DNA of 64,000 nucleotides from Alphaproteobacteria bacterium HGW-Alphaproteobacteria-18 (GTDB lineage: Bacteria; Pseudomonadota; Alphaproteobacteria; Caulobacterales; Hyphomonadaceae). The notes under the pieces are model-generated. The model made no database searches. It had not been told where the DNA came from and worked only from the letters and a program-made list of their open reading frames with translations. This document shows positions 26,431-36,712 of the stretch, one piece after another (position 1 is the stretch's first letter; each line of letters starts with the position of its first letter). Made by a program: the position numbers and the translations under genes. The stretch covers positions 297,825 through 361,824 of the forward strand of contig PHEH01000001.1 of assembly GCA_002841155.1 (NCBI GenBank). Direction: 5' to 3'.

Positions 26431-29400
26431 CTAGTAATCTCGCTTCCAGCGGAGAGAAACGCGTGATTCTCCTGTGGACCGGGCCTCAGACGTCACAGAA
26501 ACCTGAGGGCGCGGCTGCCATTCAACCTCAACTGAATTTCCGGCCGCACCAGCAGTTGTCACCTCCAGATAGACATCGGGTGCAAGGTATTGCCCGACGC
26601 CCAGCTCGGTCGTGCCGTCATTGCCGACACCAAGACGCAGACGATCAAGGCCGAGCCCCGCCTGTATCTGCCCCAACGGGTCCAGTCCTGGGCCTTGGCC
26701 ACTCAGCCGGGCGATCGAGTTGGCCAACTCAGCCGCTTCGAGCGCTGAGAGATCCATGACAGAACGCCCAAACAGCATCCTGGCAAGAATTTCGTCCTGC
26801 GGAAGATCTGGCGTACTGGAGAGCTCAATCCGTGGGCTAGTGGGCGAACCCGTAACATCGACCTGCGCTGAAAATCCATCAATCTGACGCGCAGCGCTGA
26901 TGGCTACCTGCGCAGAATCGACCGGGCCATCAAATGTAACCACACCGGAATCAAAGACGAAGGGCCGGCGCGCGAGTTCGAGTTCGCCGCGAACCAGTGT
27001 GGCGCGGCCATTCAGCAGGGGAGAGGCGGGTGAGCCTGTGATATTTACATTCACGCCCCACTCGGAATCCAGACCGCGACCATCAATGAAAATCCTGCGG
27101 TCCGATAGAATGTTGAAGTCAAACCGGATCGGCTTTTCAAGAACCGGGTCTGTTGGTTCGTCTGTCAGATCTTCTCGCCACCGTACATCAAGGCGGCGAA
27201 CGGTTGCTGCGGGAAGATTATCCAGTGAGAAGTTTGCCTCATCGACATTGAGCCGGCCGGAAATGACACGCGCCGTCGCTGTTTCCGTCAGGGCGGCACT
27301 CCCACTCAGGCGCATCTTGTCTGAGTTCCGATCATAGACGAGCAGGCGGTTCAGTTCGATGTCGACTTTGCCTTCACCAACATCATCCAAACGGCCGGAA
27401 GCCTTGATGCGCCCGCCATCGGGACCTTGTCCTGATGCGTTGACCGACATAGCGCCATTCGCCAGGGCTGCGTTCATGTCAAAGCGGGCAATGCGAAACC
27501 CCATTGCGCCGTACTCGTACAATCCATTGGAAATGTCAGCATTCGCATCTATTTGCGGCGCTTGTAGTGTTCCCGCTATGCGGACAGTGGCGTCGATGTT
27601 CCCGCCGACGTCGTGACCATATGCGAGGGATATCTGGCGAATGGCTTCCAGGTCTCCCTTGAGAGTTCCCCGGCCAATTAGAGCCCCCTCATTGTTGAGT
27701 TTTACCATTTCCCCTTCGCGGGCGGTCACCGGCAGAGCAATCGCGAAATTCCCGGCAAGCGTCGGGCCATATTTCGCATTGCCTTCGACTGAAAGCATAC
27801 GGGCATCCAGCTTGCCGCTGATGTCGAGATCAATTGCTCCATCAAGCCCGGTCACGGGACTGTTAGAGCGAATATCGAAGGTTCCGCCAGGGGACAGGCC
27901 GTAGGGCCTGAACGTGCCGGTCCCGTCTATGCGCGCGGCAGAAACGGGCGCACCGAAAGATGCGAGAACCGGCCCGGCGTCGATATTGTCCAGGTCAAAC
28001 TTGAACACAGGCATGGTGCCAGCTCCCGTGAGGGAGATCTTGACGTCGCCTCCAAAAATCCCAATGTCCGCGTCAACCTCGGGGGTGTCTGCCAGGCGCC
28101 ATGTTGCATCCCTGCGCGTGGCCGCCTCTTGCCCGAGGATCATACCCCGAAGGGCCAGCGTTCCTTCAGGTGTCTCGCCCGACAAGGACGCAGTTCCGGA
28201 GATCTGCATGTTCGTTTCGCGGCCGCGTTCCGGATCCTCCAACTGCGCTGAAAACCGGTAGCCACTTTCTGTCGTCAGGATGTTTGTTCTAATCTGATCG
28301 AAATGTATGTCCTCGGAGAGGATGGTATTTCTGGCATCTGCGTCCAGCGCGATAGAGAGGGGCGCGCCTGGGGTTTGTTGGATAATGGCGTTTGCAGATA
28401 TCTGTCCAAATTCAACGCCGCTGACTACAAAATCAGTGCCCGTTATTTTAGCTGCGGCATCAATGGATCCAGCGTCTGAAAAATCGGCATAGCCGCCAAT
28501 TTGCAGCTTTCCGAGGAAACCGGATATATCGTCAATCCGCGTACCCATTGAGCGTCTTTGCAGGATCGCAGAAACGTCAATCTTTTCGTCATTGTAGAGG
28601 CCCGTCACCCTTACAGGCCCATCAGTGCGGCCATCTGACTGTTCGAGGGATGTGGAGACGGAGAGGTTTTCTATGCTGTTTGAACCATTGGCTAGCCGTC
28701 CATCTGCGCTGTTTGCGGAGATGAGTGTGGCCTCACCTGACTGCAAGATCGCCCCGTCCACGGCGCCCAGGTTTATTGATGTGCCACTCACGACAACATC
28801 AACAGTCTGCTCGGCAGTGAAATCAAGGTTGAGGCCACGCTCGCCCGCGAGAGTGCCCGTTGCGTCAGCATTGAGACCAGGCAATCTAAGCCGGATCATC
28901 CGTGCCGTGACATCACCATTAGAAACATTCAAAGATACGGCAGCCGTGCCGCTTCCGTTAATCAGGGGGGCAGCAGTTTCGGGGCCGGAAAGATTGCGCA
29001 GAGAAAGATTCGCCGAGAGGGCTATGGATGAGAATGCCCCTTCCGCGCTGATGATCCCATCAGCCGCGCCAGCGATCCCTGGGACAAAGGGTGAAATGGA
29101 TTGGTCCAGCCTACCCGACAAGGAGAGGCGATCCTCAATGAGATCGACATAGCCCGCAACCATGAGGGAGCCGCTTTCGTGCTGTATGTCAGCGTTATCC
29201 AGCGTAAGTGTTCTCGACCCGATCTCGAAGTGGCCGTTAAGTTTGGCAGCTGGGTTTGCCCCAACCGCTGAGCTGGCGAGATCACCGATCGGGAAGGGAC
29301 CTTGAAACTCCAGATCGCCGGAGAATGGGATTGCGTTGTCAGAAAGCGCCACCACCAGTCTTCCGGAGGCCGCTTCAAAAGGCAGGGTGGATTCTTCTTC

Positions 29401-30543
29401 AGCAACCAGGCGGATGTCGCCCGAATAAGCCGGATTCCCATCTGCGTAGGTCAACTCGCCATTGAGCCACACGCCGGCGCCGTTTGACCAGAAGGGCCGC
29501 AGAGATGCCAGGTCTGCGCTCAAATGAGCCGGGCCAATCAGTTCATGCTTATCCAGATCAGCCAGGCCCGCGAGATGAACTTCACCTTCGGCGACAAGCG
29601 CATCAAACTCGAAATGGGCTTCATTGTCGTCCAGGCGAGCTGTCAGGGACGCTTCGGCCGAACGCCCAAGGAACGATGCGATATTGACCGGAAGCGGAAT
29701 AGACGTAGCATCAAGCTTCGCAGAAGCGCTGAGCCGTCCATTTTCCATCTTGCCGGAAAGATAGGCCTTGTCTTCGCGGTCAATCGAGAAGCGAGCTTCA
29801 CCGACACCATTGCGAAGATCGCCGCCGCCATTTGCCTCTAAACGCGCAGCTGAACCCGGCTCAAGTTCAAGCATATGGGCAAACATGCCATCTGCTGGCG
29901 CATCAGCGATCACGGTGATGTCAAATCGCCGGGAGGCGGTCATGACGATGAGGAGGTCCACCCTATCGCCACGGCCTTCAATAGGGCGCAGGCGGAGGGC
30001 AGCATCAAGAGCGCCGTTGGCTTGCTGCACGAACCTGGCGCTGATCTCTGATGAAGACTGCTGACCGGCGACGCCATCAGCCAGCACCAACCTGTCAAGA
30101 ATCAGGGAATTCAGATTTACACGCCAGTTACCGCCGCCCTCTGAGGGCGGTTGAGGTTGGCGCTCAGGCCGGGACAATATGGAAACATTATCGATATCAA
30201 GTTCGCTGATATCAAGTGTTCGGGAAAGCAGTGACAGCGGTGACCAGCGAAGGCGCAGGTTTTGTGCTTCTGCCCAAACGCCGCCTTCATTGATGACCTG
30301 TATCCTGCCAATGCGCAGATCAGATAGAGGGTCACCTTTCAGATTTTCGACATGCAGGCGGCCATAACCGGCGACATCCATTCCGTCTATCTGGGAAACA
30401 ATGAAGTTCCGTCCACTGTCGGTCGTGATCCAGATGCGAAGTGATGCGATAACCGCAATGCCGCCTGCGGCTGCTACAATGGCGCCCGTGAGCCAGGGAT
30501 GGCGATGTCGCCACGCCTGGAAAGGAAGGGGGGGCACCTTCAT
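26431..30543 (-). CDS. tamB: Translocation and assembly module TamB
   Basis: N-terminal TM anchor, long beta-taco repeats, DUF490 C-terminus (GRGLDSEW, DEILARMLFG, LGLDRL, GQYLAPDVYL, SLRWKRDY); coupled to tamA. Confidence 0.94.
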   Translation of the reverse strand: MKVPPLPFQAWRHRHPWLTGAIVAAAGGIAVIASLRIWITTDSGRNFIVSQIDGMDVAGYGRLHVENLKGDPLSDLRIGRIQVINEGGVWAEAQNLRLRWSPLSLLSRTLDISELDIDNVSILSRPERQPQPPSEGGGNWRVNLNSLILDRLVLADGVAGQQSSSEISARFVQQANGALDAALRLRPIEGRGDRVDLLIVMTASRRFDITVIADAPADGMFAHMLELEPGSAARLEANGGGDLRNGVGEARFSIDREDKAYLSGKMENGRLSASAKLDATSIPLPVNIASFLGRSAEASLTARLDDNEAHFEFDALVAEGEVHLAGLADLDKHELIGPAHLSADLASLRPFWSNGAGVWLNGELTYADGNPAYSGDIRLVAEEESTLPFEAASGRLVVALSDNAIPFSGDLEFQGPFPIGDLASSAVGANPAAKLNGHFEIGSRTLTLDNADIQHESGSLMVAGYVDLIEDRLSLSGRLDQSISPFVPGIAGAADGIISAEGAFSSIALSANLSLRNLSGPETAAPLINGSGTAAVSLNVSNGDVTARMIRLRLPGLNADATGTLAGERGLNLDFTAEQTVDVVVSGTSINLGAVDGAILQSGEATLISANSADGRLANGSNSIENLSVSTSLEQSDGRTDGPVRVTGLYNDEKIDVSAILQRRSMGTRIDDISGFLGKLQIGGYADFSDAGSIDAAAKITGTDFVVSGVEFGQISANAIIQQTPGAPLSIALDADARNTILSEDIHFDQIRTNILTTESGYRFSAQLEDPERGRETNMQISGTASLSGETPEGTLALRGMILGQEAATRRDATWRLADTPEVDADIGIFGGDVKISLTGAGTMPVFKFDLDNIDAGPVLASFGAPVSAARIDGTGTFRPYGLSPGGTFDIRSNSPVTGLDGAIDLDISGKLDARMLSVEGNAKYGPTLAGNFAIALPVTAREGEMVKLNNEGALIGRGTLKGDLEAIRQISLAYGHDVGGNIDATVRIAGTLQAPQIDANADISNGLYEYGAMGFRIARFDMNAALANGAMSVNASGQGPDGGRIKASGRLDDVGEGKVDIELNRLLVYDRNSDKMRLSGSAALTETATARVISGRLNVDEANFSLDNLPAATVRRLDVRWREDLTDEPTDPVLEKPIRFDFNILSDRRIFIDGRGLDSEWGVNVNITGSPASPLLNGRATLVRGELELARRPFVFDSGVVTFDGPVDSAQVAISAARQIDGFSAQVDVTGSPTSPRIELSSTPDLPQDEILARMLFGRSVMDLSALEAAELANSIARLSGQGPGLDPLGQIQAGLGLDRLRLGVGNDGTTELGVGQYLAPDVYLEVTTAGAAGNSVEVEWQPRPQVSVTSEARSTGESRVSLRWKRDY

Positions 30544-32360
30544 CAGAATGCCTGCCCGATCGAAACATAGATCTGAAGTGGCGCATCGCCATCACGCTTG
30601 TTCAGTGGGGTCGCAATATCAAATCTGATTGGACCAAAGCCGGGATAGTAGCGGATACCAAGGCCAGCAGAGGCCTTTGACTCTCCAAAGACCGAGCCCG
30701 CATCTTCGCTGGCAGCGCCTACGTCTACAAATGCGGCATAGCCAAAGCGCTCTGACCGCCGCCATCTGAGTTCAGCGGACGCAGAAAACAGGCCGCGCCC
30801 CCCAAGGAACTCTCCAAATGAATCCGTCGGGGATAACGACTGATACTCGTAACCCCGCACTGTGCCTCCACCGCCAGCGAAGAAAAGCCTGTCGGTAGGA
30901 ACGGCGTTTGATCCTGAGAATGCGCCGTACTCTGCGCGCACAGCGGCGACCAGATCGTCAGCTATCTTCCGGTATGTGGCGCCGGAAATTTGCATCCGGG
31001 TGTAACCTGGAGTCCCATTGCCGACCGAAACGCCGCTCTCAACAGAAGCGAACGCGCGAATTCCGTCCTGAGGGTCGAGGGGATCACCAACATCTGTATA
31101 GGCCGCAGTGACGGGTATGGAGAACGTCACCTGTTCACGCTCGCCGAGATAGATGCGTGTACGCTGATCTGTGATCCTGGTGGCGTCGATTGCGGCGCCT
31201 ACGGACAGTGTGATCTGGCGCGTGAAGGGCTGGGAAAGTGTAGCGGCTACCTTGACGCCGTCCAGGTCATAGGCCTGCGTTTCTTCCTGGCGCACGCCAG
31301 CTTCCGTGGTCAGTGTTCGTCCGAACCGTCCAATGTTTGGGCGCTCATAACCGGCTTTGAGGCTTCTGGAGAGCGTGGCGGCTTCAGCGCGCACAGTTAC
31401 CTTGTCCGCACGTCCAGTGACGTTGCGCCTCTCCCAGAGGGCATCGGCACCTATGCCTTCGGTCGTCGAAGCGGTTACGCCAAAGCTGATGGACCGAGGT
31501 TTAGCTTCTGCAAGCGTCAGGGAAACAGTGTGATAACCATCTTCTTCCGGCTCTCTGGAGACGACAACCCCAATACCTTCATAAAGGCCACTTGACCGTA
31601 AGCGGCTGCGCAGACGGTCCATTGTCCGGGGGTTGTAGGTAGCGCCCTCCCGCCAGGTCTTGAGCACCTGAATTGCCTTTTGTGACCTCGGATCTGTTTC
31701 GTCGCTGACCAGATCTCCAAGCCGCACAAGTGGGCCTGGATCGATCGTATAGGTAATTTCAACATCCGCATCTTCGCGTGAGGCCAGGGCATCGATGCCC
31801 GGGCTAGTTGCAAAGGCATAGCCGCGCGCCAGAAGCACTGTCACAAGTTCGGTCTCAACCTTTTCGACATCGGCGGTCCTTGCAATCGCCCCCTTTGGCA
31901 ATGTTGCCAGATGGCGGTCGATAATCTGGCGTGTTTCTGCATCGAGCGTATCGGCGCCGGTCAGGGCGACAGTTGAGATCGTGAACAACGGGCCGGTATC
32001 GACCGTTAGGACTGCGCTGTTTTCAAGTGTTGTCAGGTCTTCGTAGCTGACTTGCGCTGCAAGATAACCTTCAGATGCCAGAAGATCCTCAACACTCCGT
32101 GCAAGGGTTTGAGCACGGTTGCGTTTTTCCAGAACACTGCGGGGCGCCGGCTGCCCGGTATTCAACAAAGCATTCGCGCGTGAGGCGAGTGAATTTGGAA
32201 CGCCACTGAGATGAAAATGGCCGTTCGCGTTGGAACCGTTCACGCTTGCGGAGCCATTCTGCGTGCCATTCACGGACGCACAAGCCGTCAGGGCGCCCAG
32301 CAAGCAGGCGCCAGCAATCGGCCGCAGTCGATTTAATCCAGAATTAGGCAAGCGTGTCAT
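30543..32360 (-). CDS. tamA: Omp85-family TamA (carries a lipobox)
   Basis: POTRA-like region, lid motif FFAGGGGTVRGYEYQ, GLGIRYYPGFGPIRFDIATP, terminal SIGQAF; upstream of tamB. Start ATG 32360 preferred. Confidence 0.93.
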   Translation of the reverse strand: MTRLPNSGLNRLRPIAGACLLGALTACASVNGTQNGSASVNGSNANGHFHLSGVPNSLASRANALLNTGQPAPRSVLEKRNRAQTLARSVEDLLASEGYLAAQVSYEDLTTLENSAVLTVDTGPLFTISTVALTGADTLDAETRQIIDRHLATLPKGAIARTADVEKVETELVTVLLARGYAFATSPGIDALASREDADVEITYTIDPGPLVRLGDLVSDETDPRSQKAIQVLKTWREGATYNPRTMDRLRSRLRSSGLYEGIGVVVSREPEEDGYHTVSLTLAEAKPRSISFGVTASTTEGIGADALWERRNVTGRADKVTVRAEAATLSRSLKAGYERPNIGRFGRTLTTEAGVRQEETQAYDLDGVKVAATLSQPFTRQITLSVGAAIDATRITDQRTRIYLGEREQVTFSIPVTAAYTDVGDPLDPQDGIRAFASVESGVSVGNGTPGYTRMQISGATYRKIADDLVAAVRAEYGAFSGSNAVPTDRLFFAGGGGTVRGYEYQSLSPTDSFGEFLGGRGLFSASAELRWRRSERFGYAAFVDVGAASEDAGSVFGESKASAGLGIRYYPGFGPIRFDIATPLNKRDGDAPLQIYVSIGQAF

Positions 32361-32535
32361 GATTACCAGTAAGTCAGCTTTCTGCTGATTCATTTCCCTG
32401 CAAGAACTGGCCCATTCATCCTAAAGGAAGCATGAACCGCAGCTGTCGTAATCCTCTTGGGCGAGTTATTGTGGTGATTGTAACTCCAATCCGAGGAATC
32501 GTATAAGAACCGGATTTCAGCGGGATTGAATACAA

Positions 32536-33555
32536 ATGATGTATCTGATGATCGCAGCAGGTCTTCTTCTACTGTTTATAGGTGGGGAAGCACTCGTGCG
32601 CGGCTCTGTTAGCGTAGCGCGCAAACTTAACATTTCTGAACTGGTGATTGGTCTCACTTTGGTTGGCTTCGGGACGTCTGTTCCTGAACTGGTTACCAGC
32701 CTTCAGGCTGTCGGGCAGGGGGCTGTTGGCATATCCATCGGCAATGTCGTCGGCTCAAACATTGCCAACGTGTTGTTGGTACTGGCTATCGCAGTGATCC
32801 TGTCTCCGATTGTCGTTCACCCTAATGCCATCATGCGTGATGGTCTGGTGATGGTGACGGCAACGGCCCTTCTGTGTGGCTTGCTCTGGTTTGACCAGTT
32901 CAATCGGATGTCGGGCTTTGTGATGCTGGCGCTGCTGATCAGCTATCTGGTCTTCTCTCTTGTCATGGACCAGCGGCGGCAGGATGCGACGGCTATCATG
33001 CACAAGGAAGAAGGAGAGGTCATTGATGTTCAGTATGGTCTTGTTCTGGGTATAGTGATCGCGGTTGCCGGCCTGGCTGGCGTTGTTGCTGGCGCGAACC
33101 TGCTGGTGGAAGGCTCGGTCTCTCTCGCGCGATCTTTCGGGATCAGTGAGGCCGTGATTGGCTTGACGATTGTTGCTGTCGGCACGAGCCTTCCTGAGTT
33201 GGCCACATCCGTAGTGGCAGCTTTCCGGAAGAAGGCGGATGTTGCTCTGGGCAACATCATAGGGTCTAATATATTCAATATATTGGGCATTTTGGGTGTC
33301 ACGGCCCTTGTGCAGCCGTTCAGTGTGCGCGGGAGTGCTGGCGCGGAAGCCATGTCGGGCGGGCAGCCTGTCAGCCTCATGAGCTCGATTGATATCGGGG
33401 CACTGGTTCTGTCTGTAGCGCTACTGTTCCTCTTTGCCATGACCGGCAAGAAGCTGGCCCGCTGGGAAGGGGCAGTGTTGCTGCTCGGGTATGCGCTCTA
33501 TATGGGCCTGACCTTCAATCTTATTCCTGTACCGGCGATACTTTCCAATGGCTGA
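32536..33555 (+). CDS. yrbG: Calcium/sodium antiporter (CaCA, YrbG-like)
   Basis: Two alpha repeats: [18 protein letters not shown] and [18 protein letters not shown]. Confidence 0.95.
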   Translation: MMYLMIAAGLLLLFIGGEALVRGSVSVARKLNISELVIGLTLVGFGTSVPELVTSLQAVGQGAVGISIGNVVGSNIANVLLVLAIAVILSPIVVHPNAIMRDGLVMVTATALLCGLLWFDQFNRMSGFVMLALLISYLVFSLVMDQRRQDATAIMHKEEGEVIDVQYGLVLGIVIAVAGLAGVVAGANLLVEGSVSLARSFGISEAVIGLTIVAVGTSLPELATSVVAAFRKKADVALGNIIGSNIFNILGILGVTALVQPFSVRGSAGAEAMSGGQPVSLMSSIDIGALVLSVALLFLFAMTGKKLARWEGAVLLLGYALYMGLTFNLIPVPAILSNG

Positions 33556-34015
33556 AAATCCCATCTATCAGAAACTTGGCCAACTCGGCCGGCAGACAAT
33601 CCAGCCACAGAGCCCAGAAGAGGCGCAGCTGGAGCGGGTGGAGAACCCTCATGCTGATACCCTTTATCTGACACGGTTTGTGGCGCCTGAATTTACTTCG
33701 TTGTGTCCGGTGACGGGGCAGCCGGACTTTGCGCATCTGGTTATTGATTATGCGCCAGGTAAGTGGCTCGTCGAATCCAAAAGCCTCAAGCTGTATCTGA
33801 CAAGTTTCCGAAATCACGGGGCATTCCATGAAGAATGCACTGTTTCTATTGGGAAAAAGATATTCGGCTTTACTGATGCCAAATGGCTGCGCATCTCTGG
33901 ATACTGGTATCCAAGGGGCGGAATCCCGATCGATGTATTCTGGCAGTCCGGGGACGTTCCCGGAGGGCTGTATGTGCCAGATACCGGCGTTCCCTCCTAT
34001 CGTGGCCGCGGCTAA
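33548..34015 (+). CDS. queF: PreQ1 synthase (7-cyano-7-deazaguanine reductase), type I
   Basis: [42 protein letters not shown]. Confidence 0.98.
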   Translation: MAENPIYQKLGQLGRQTIQPQSPEEAQLERVENPHADTLYLTRFVAPEFTSLCPVTGQPDFAHLVIDYAPGKWLVESKSLKLYLTSFRNHGAFHEECTVSIGKKIFGFTDAKWLRISGYWYPRGGIPIDVFWQSGDVPGGLYVPDTGVPSYRGRG

Positions 34016-34042
34016 GGCAGGGCCAGAGCGCGACAAGCCGGG

Positions 34043-34693
34043 TCAGTCCGGGACACTATCTGGCCATGCGGAGACTAACCCGGACAGATCGGGCCGTATC
34101 CGCTCCTGCGGTTTAGCCGTAGCTGTGCCAATATATATGAAGCCAGCAAGGCGCTCGTTTTGCTTGAGCCCCATCAAGGCGTCGACGTCCTTGTTGAAGG
34201 TTATCCACTCAGACAGCCAGACGCCCGCCCATCCGCTCGCATTTGCGGCAAGCAGCAGATTGTAACAGAGCGCCCCGGCTGACAGTTCCTGCTCCCAGAC
34301 TGGGGTCTTTCCATCGTCAACAGGCGATGAAACAACGGCGACAACAGAGGGGGCACGCAGAAGAAGCCCTGCCGCCTCCAGCACATCACGTTCTTCGGCG
34401 CCGGGTTTCTTTCCCGCGATACGGGCGAGTTCCTTACCAAAGCCCAACCTGCTCTGGCCCTGGAAGGTGATGAACCGCCAGGGCGACATCTTGCGATGAT
34501 CTGGCACGCGCACGGCGATTTCGAGCAGTTGTTGCAGCTCGCCAGGTGTCGGGCCGGGCTCACTGAGGAACAGTTTGTTGGCCGATTTTCTGAGAGCCAG
34601 GAAGTTGCGAACATCCCCGGAAGGCCTTGCGGCCAGCATAGGGGAACCGGTGGGCGGGGGATCGGGGAATAGCTTGGTCACGCCTAACGCCAT
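34043..34693 (-). CDS. Nitroreductase family protein (YdjA-like); start uncertain (GTG 34681 possible)
   Basis: RKSA, VRVPDHRKMSPWRF, W.Q.LSAGA..NLLLAA.A.GW...W. Confidence 0.92.
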   Translation of the reverse strand: MALGVTKLFPDPPPTGSPMLAARPSGDVRNFLALRKSANKLFLSEPGPTPGELQQLLEIAVRVPDHRKMSPWRFITFQGQSRLGFGKELARIAGKKPGAEERDVLEAAGLLLRAPSVVAVVSSPVDDGKTPVWEQELSAGALCYNLLLAANASGWAGVWLSEWITFNKDVDALMGLKQNERLAGFIYIGTATAKPQERIRPDLSGLVSAWPDSVPD

Positions 34694-34741
34694 ATCGCCT
34701 TGTGCGAGCGCGGCAAAGGCTGATTCAGGCCAATCAATAGC

Positions 34742-34770
34742 TTGTCAGGATCGGCTGCGCAGCGTATCAG
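34742..34770 (+). promoter_or_regulatory. Sigma70-type promoter of the tetR-MFP-RND operon
   Basis: TTGTCA-N17-TATCAG. Confidence 0.5.
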
Positions 34771-34776
34771 AATTCG

Positions 34777-34791
34777 GTGAACGATGTTCAC
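34777..34791. promoter_or_regulatory. Candidate TetR operator
   Basis: Perfect inverted repeat GTGAAC-GAT-GTTCAC just downstream of the predicted -10; a second near-palindrome TGAACGGCCGTTGA at 34796-34809. Confidence 0.6.
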
Positions 34792-34820
34792 TATTTGAAC
34801 GGCCGTTGAGGCGCTGCAGT

Positions 34821-35525
34821 ATGGATATCGATACTCTACCGGAAGAAAGCCCTGCCGAAAGGCGGCGCCAACGCGTGAGGACAGCCATCCTTGACGCGGC
34901 TGAGCGCGTTTTCTCGAAAGAAGGCGAGACTGGCTTGTCGATCCGTCGTCTGGCTGAAGAAATCGACTACTCACCTGCGGCGATCTACAAATACTTCGGC
35001 TCGAAAGAAGAGCTTCTCGACGAGTTGAAGGAGTCGTTTTTTGAACGGCTTATGTCGACCGTGGACCGCGCAGCCCTGACAGAACTGCCTTTCGAAGCGA
35101 GAGTTCGCCAGTGCTTTTCAAAATATGTAGAGACGGCGATAGCCCGGCCCCATCACTATGCCGCAGCCTTTGCGTCAACCGGGAATCCGGACAACTTGCC
35201 CGAGGCGGACACATGCTGGGCTGACTTTGAGAAAAGCAACAAGGGGCAGGCCTTCATGACCGTTGTCGGCCTCGTTCGTGAAGGGCAGGAGGTAGGCATT
35301 TTCGATGCATCCTTCGATCCCTTCATTGCGGCAAAGTCGCTTTGGGCTTCGATGCATGGGATTGCTCTCCTGCTCATCCATCTGCCGGGATTCCCTGCAA
35401 TACTTCCGACACCAGATCGGGGGATAAATACGGCAGAGTTCATACAGTTTCACGCGGGGCTGCTGTTTCGCAGCCTGTGCGCTTCACCCGTTTCGCCAGC
35501 TTGCTCCGGGCACGACCAATCATGA
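34821..35525 (+). CDS. TetR/AcrR family regulator
   Basis: ILDAAERVF...LSIRRLAEEIDYSPAAIYKYFGSKEELL; WHG-like C-terminus (WASMHG). Confidence 0.95.
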   Translation: MDIDTLPEESPAERRRQRVRTAILDAAERVFSKEGETGLSIRRLAEEIDYSPAAIYKYFGSKEELLDELKESFFERLMSTVDRAALTELPFEARVRQCFSKYVETAIARPHHYAAAFASTGNPDNLPEADTCWADFEKSNKGQAFMTVVGLVREGQEVGIFDASFDPFIAAKSLWASMHGIALLLIHLPGFPAILPTPDRGINTAEFIQFHAGLLFRSLCASPVSPACSGHDQS

Positions 35526-36703
35526 CAGAGTCACATTACGAAGCCGACACCGGCCGCCGCCGCCGCCCGACCGTTCTGAAGGGGCTGATCTTCGTTATTT
35601 TGCTGGCACTGATGACTGCCGGTTTGCTGGCCGCAGCGACGCTGCTCCGCAGCAAGGAAGGCCCCAAGATAGCAACTGTGGAGCCCGCGCCTCTGGCGGT
35701 GAGTGTCATTACAGTTGAGTATCTGGAAGAGCTCGATATCGAAGAGCTGTTTACCGGTATTGCTGAAGCCAGGCGCACAAGCCGCCTCGGTTTCCAGACG
35801 GGTGGCCGTATCGAGCGGATCGACGTTCGCGTCGGAGACCGCGTCAAGGCAGGACAGACAATCGCCAAGCTCGACACGCGGGGACTTGGCGCGCAATTGG
35901 CATCTGCGCAGGCGGTGGTTGAAGAGGCGCGCGCGTCTCACCGCCTGGCTCTGGATTCAGCTGATCGTCAGCGTCAGCTCCAGGCGCAGGGACATGTTTC
36001 CCAGCAGCGCGTGGATGAAATCCTGTCTCAGGCATCTACGGCAATGGCGCGGGTGGATTCGGCCAAAGCACAGGCAGATACAATCCGTGTACAAATAGAT
36101 TTGTCCAGCATTACCGCGCCTTATGACGGCGTCATTGTTTCGCGCTTCGCAGATGAAGGCGCCATAGCAGGCCCTGGGCAAGCCATACTTGACCTTGTGG
36201 AAGCCGGCGACCTTGAGGCCCGGATCGGTGTTTCGGCGCGGATCGTTCCCGAGTTGGTTCCCGGCAATATATATACACTTGAAGCAGAAACAGGACCCGT
36301 CGATGCGCCTCTCAGAAGCGTTACGGGTGTTGTAGATGCTTCCCAGAGAACGGTAGCCGCTGTTTTCGATGTGCCCGTGAGTAGCGGCGTTCCTGCGGGC
36401 TCCATCGTCAGACTGAAGATGGAGCGAAAACTGGAAGAAAAGGGTTTCTGGGTTCCGCTCAAGGCACTCTCCAGTGCGAACAGGGGCATGTGGACAATCT
36501 ATGCCGTGGTTGGCGAGGGCGATGACTGGCGAGCACAGCCGAGACTCGTGGAAATGGTCTATCCGGCAGGTGAGCGAGCTTATGTTCGTGGACCCATCAA
36601 ACCTGAAGAACGCATTATCGTGGATGGTCTTCAACGGATAACGCCCGGAGCGAAGGTGCTGCCGCGAGAGTTGCAGCGGGCCGAAACGGCAAGTGGCGGC
36701 TGA
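35522..36703 (+). CDS. RND efflux periplasmic adaptor (MFP)
   Basis: TM anchor, LGFQTGGRIERIDVRVGDRVKAGQ.IA.LD, ITAPYDG; ATGA overlap with tetR. Confidence 0.95.
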   Translation: MTESHYEADTGRRRRPTVLKGLIFVILLALMTAGLLAAATLLRSKEGPKIATVEPAPLAVSVITVEYLEELDIEELFTGIAEARRTSRLGFQTGGRIERIDVRVGDRVKAGQTIAKLDTRGLGAQLASAQAVVEEARASHRLALDSADRQRQLQAQGHVSQQRVDEILSQASTAMARVDSAKAQADTIRVQIDLSSITAPYDGVIVSRFADEGAIAGPGQAILDLVEAGDLEARIGVSARIVPELVPGNIYTLEAETGPVDAPLRSVTGVVDASQRTVAAVFDVPVSSGVPAGSIVRLKMERKLEEKGFWVPLKALSSANRGMWTIYAVVGEGDDWRAQPRLVEMVYPAGERAYVRGPIKPEERIIVDGLQRITPGAKVLPRELQRAETASGG

Positions 36704-36712
36704 CGGCGCGGA

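Noticed and set aside
25868-32360. TamAB as part of the Pho/T2SS module
   Set aside because: Separated by a convergent terminator and unrelated genes, with no Pho-like repeat seen upstream of tamA; adjacency alone is insufficient.
32463-32486. GAGTTA-N12-TAACTC inverted repeat between tamA and yrbG
   Set aside because: Only 6-bp arms, with no recognisable regulator motif; plausible by chance in an AT-rich spacer.
34575-34820. N-terminal extensions in the ORF track (tetR, MFP, cysE, rluF, sua5, GFA, usp, mmsA, gspE, gspF, terminal lipoprotein)
   Set aside because: They overlap neighbouring genes or promoters and lack family similarity; downstream starts with an RBS or translational coupling fit better.
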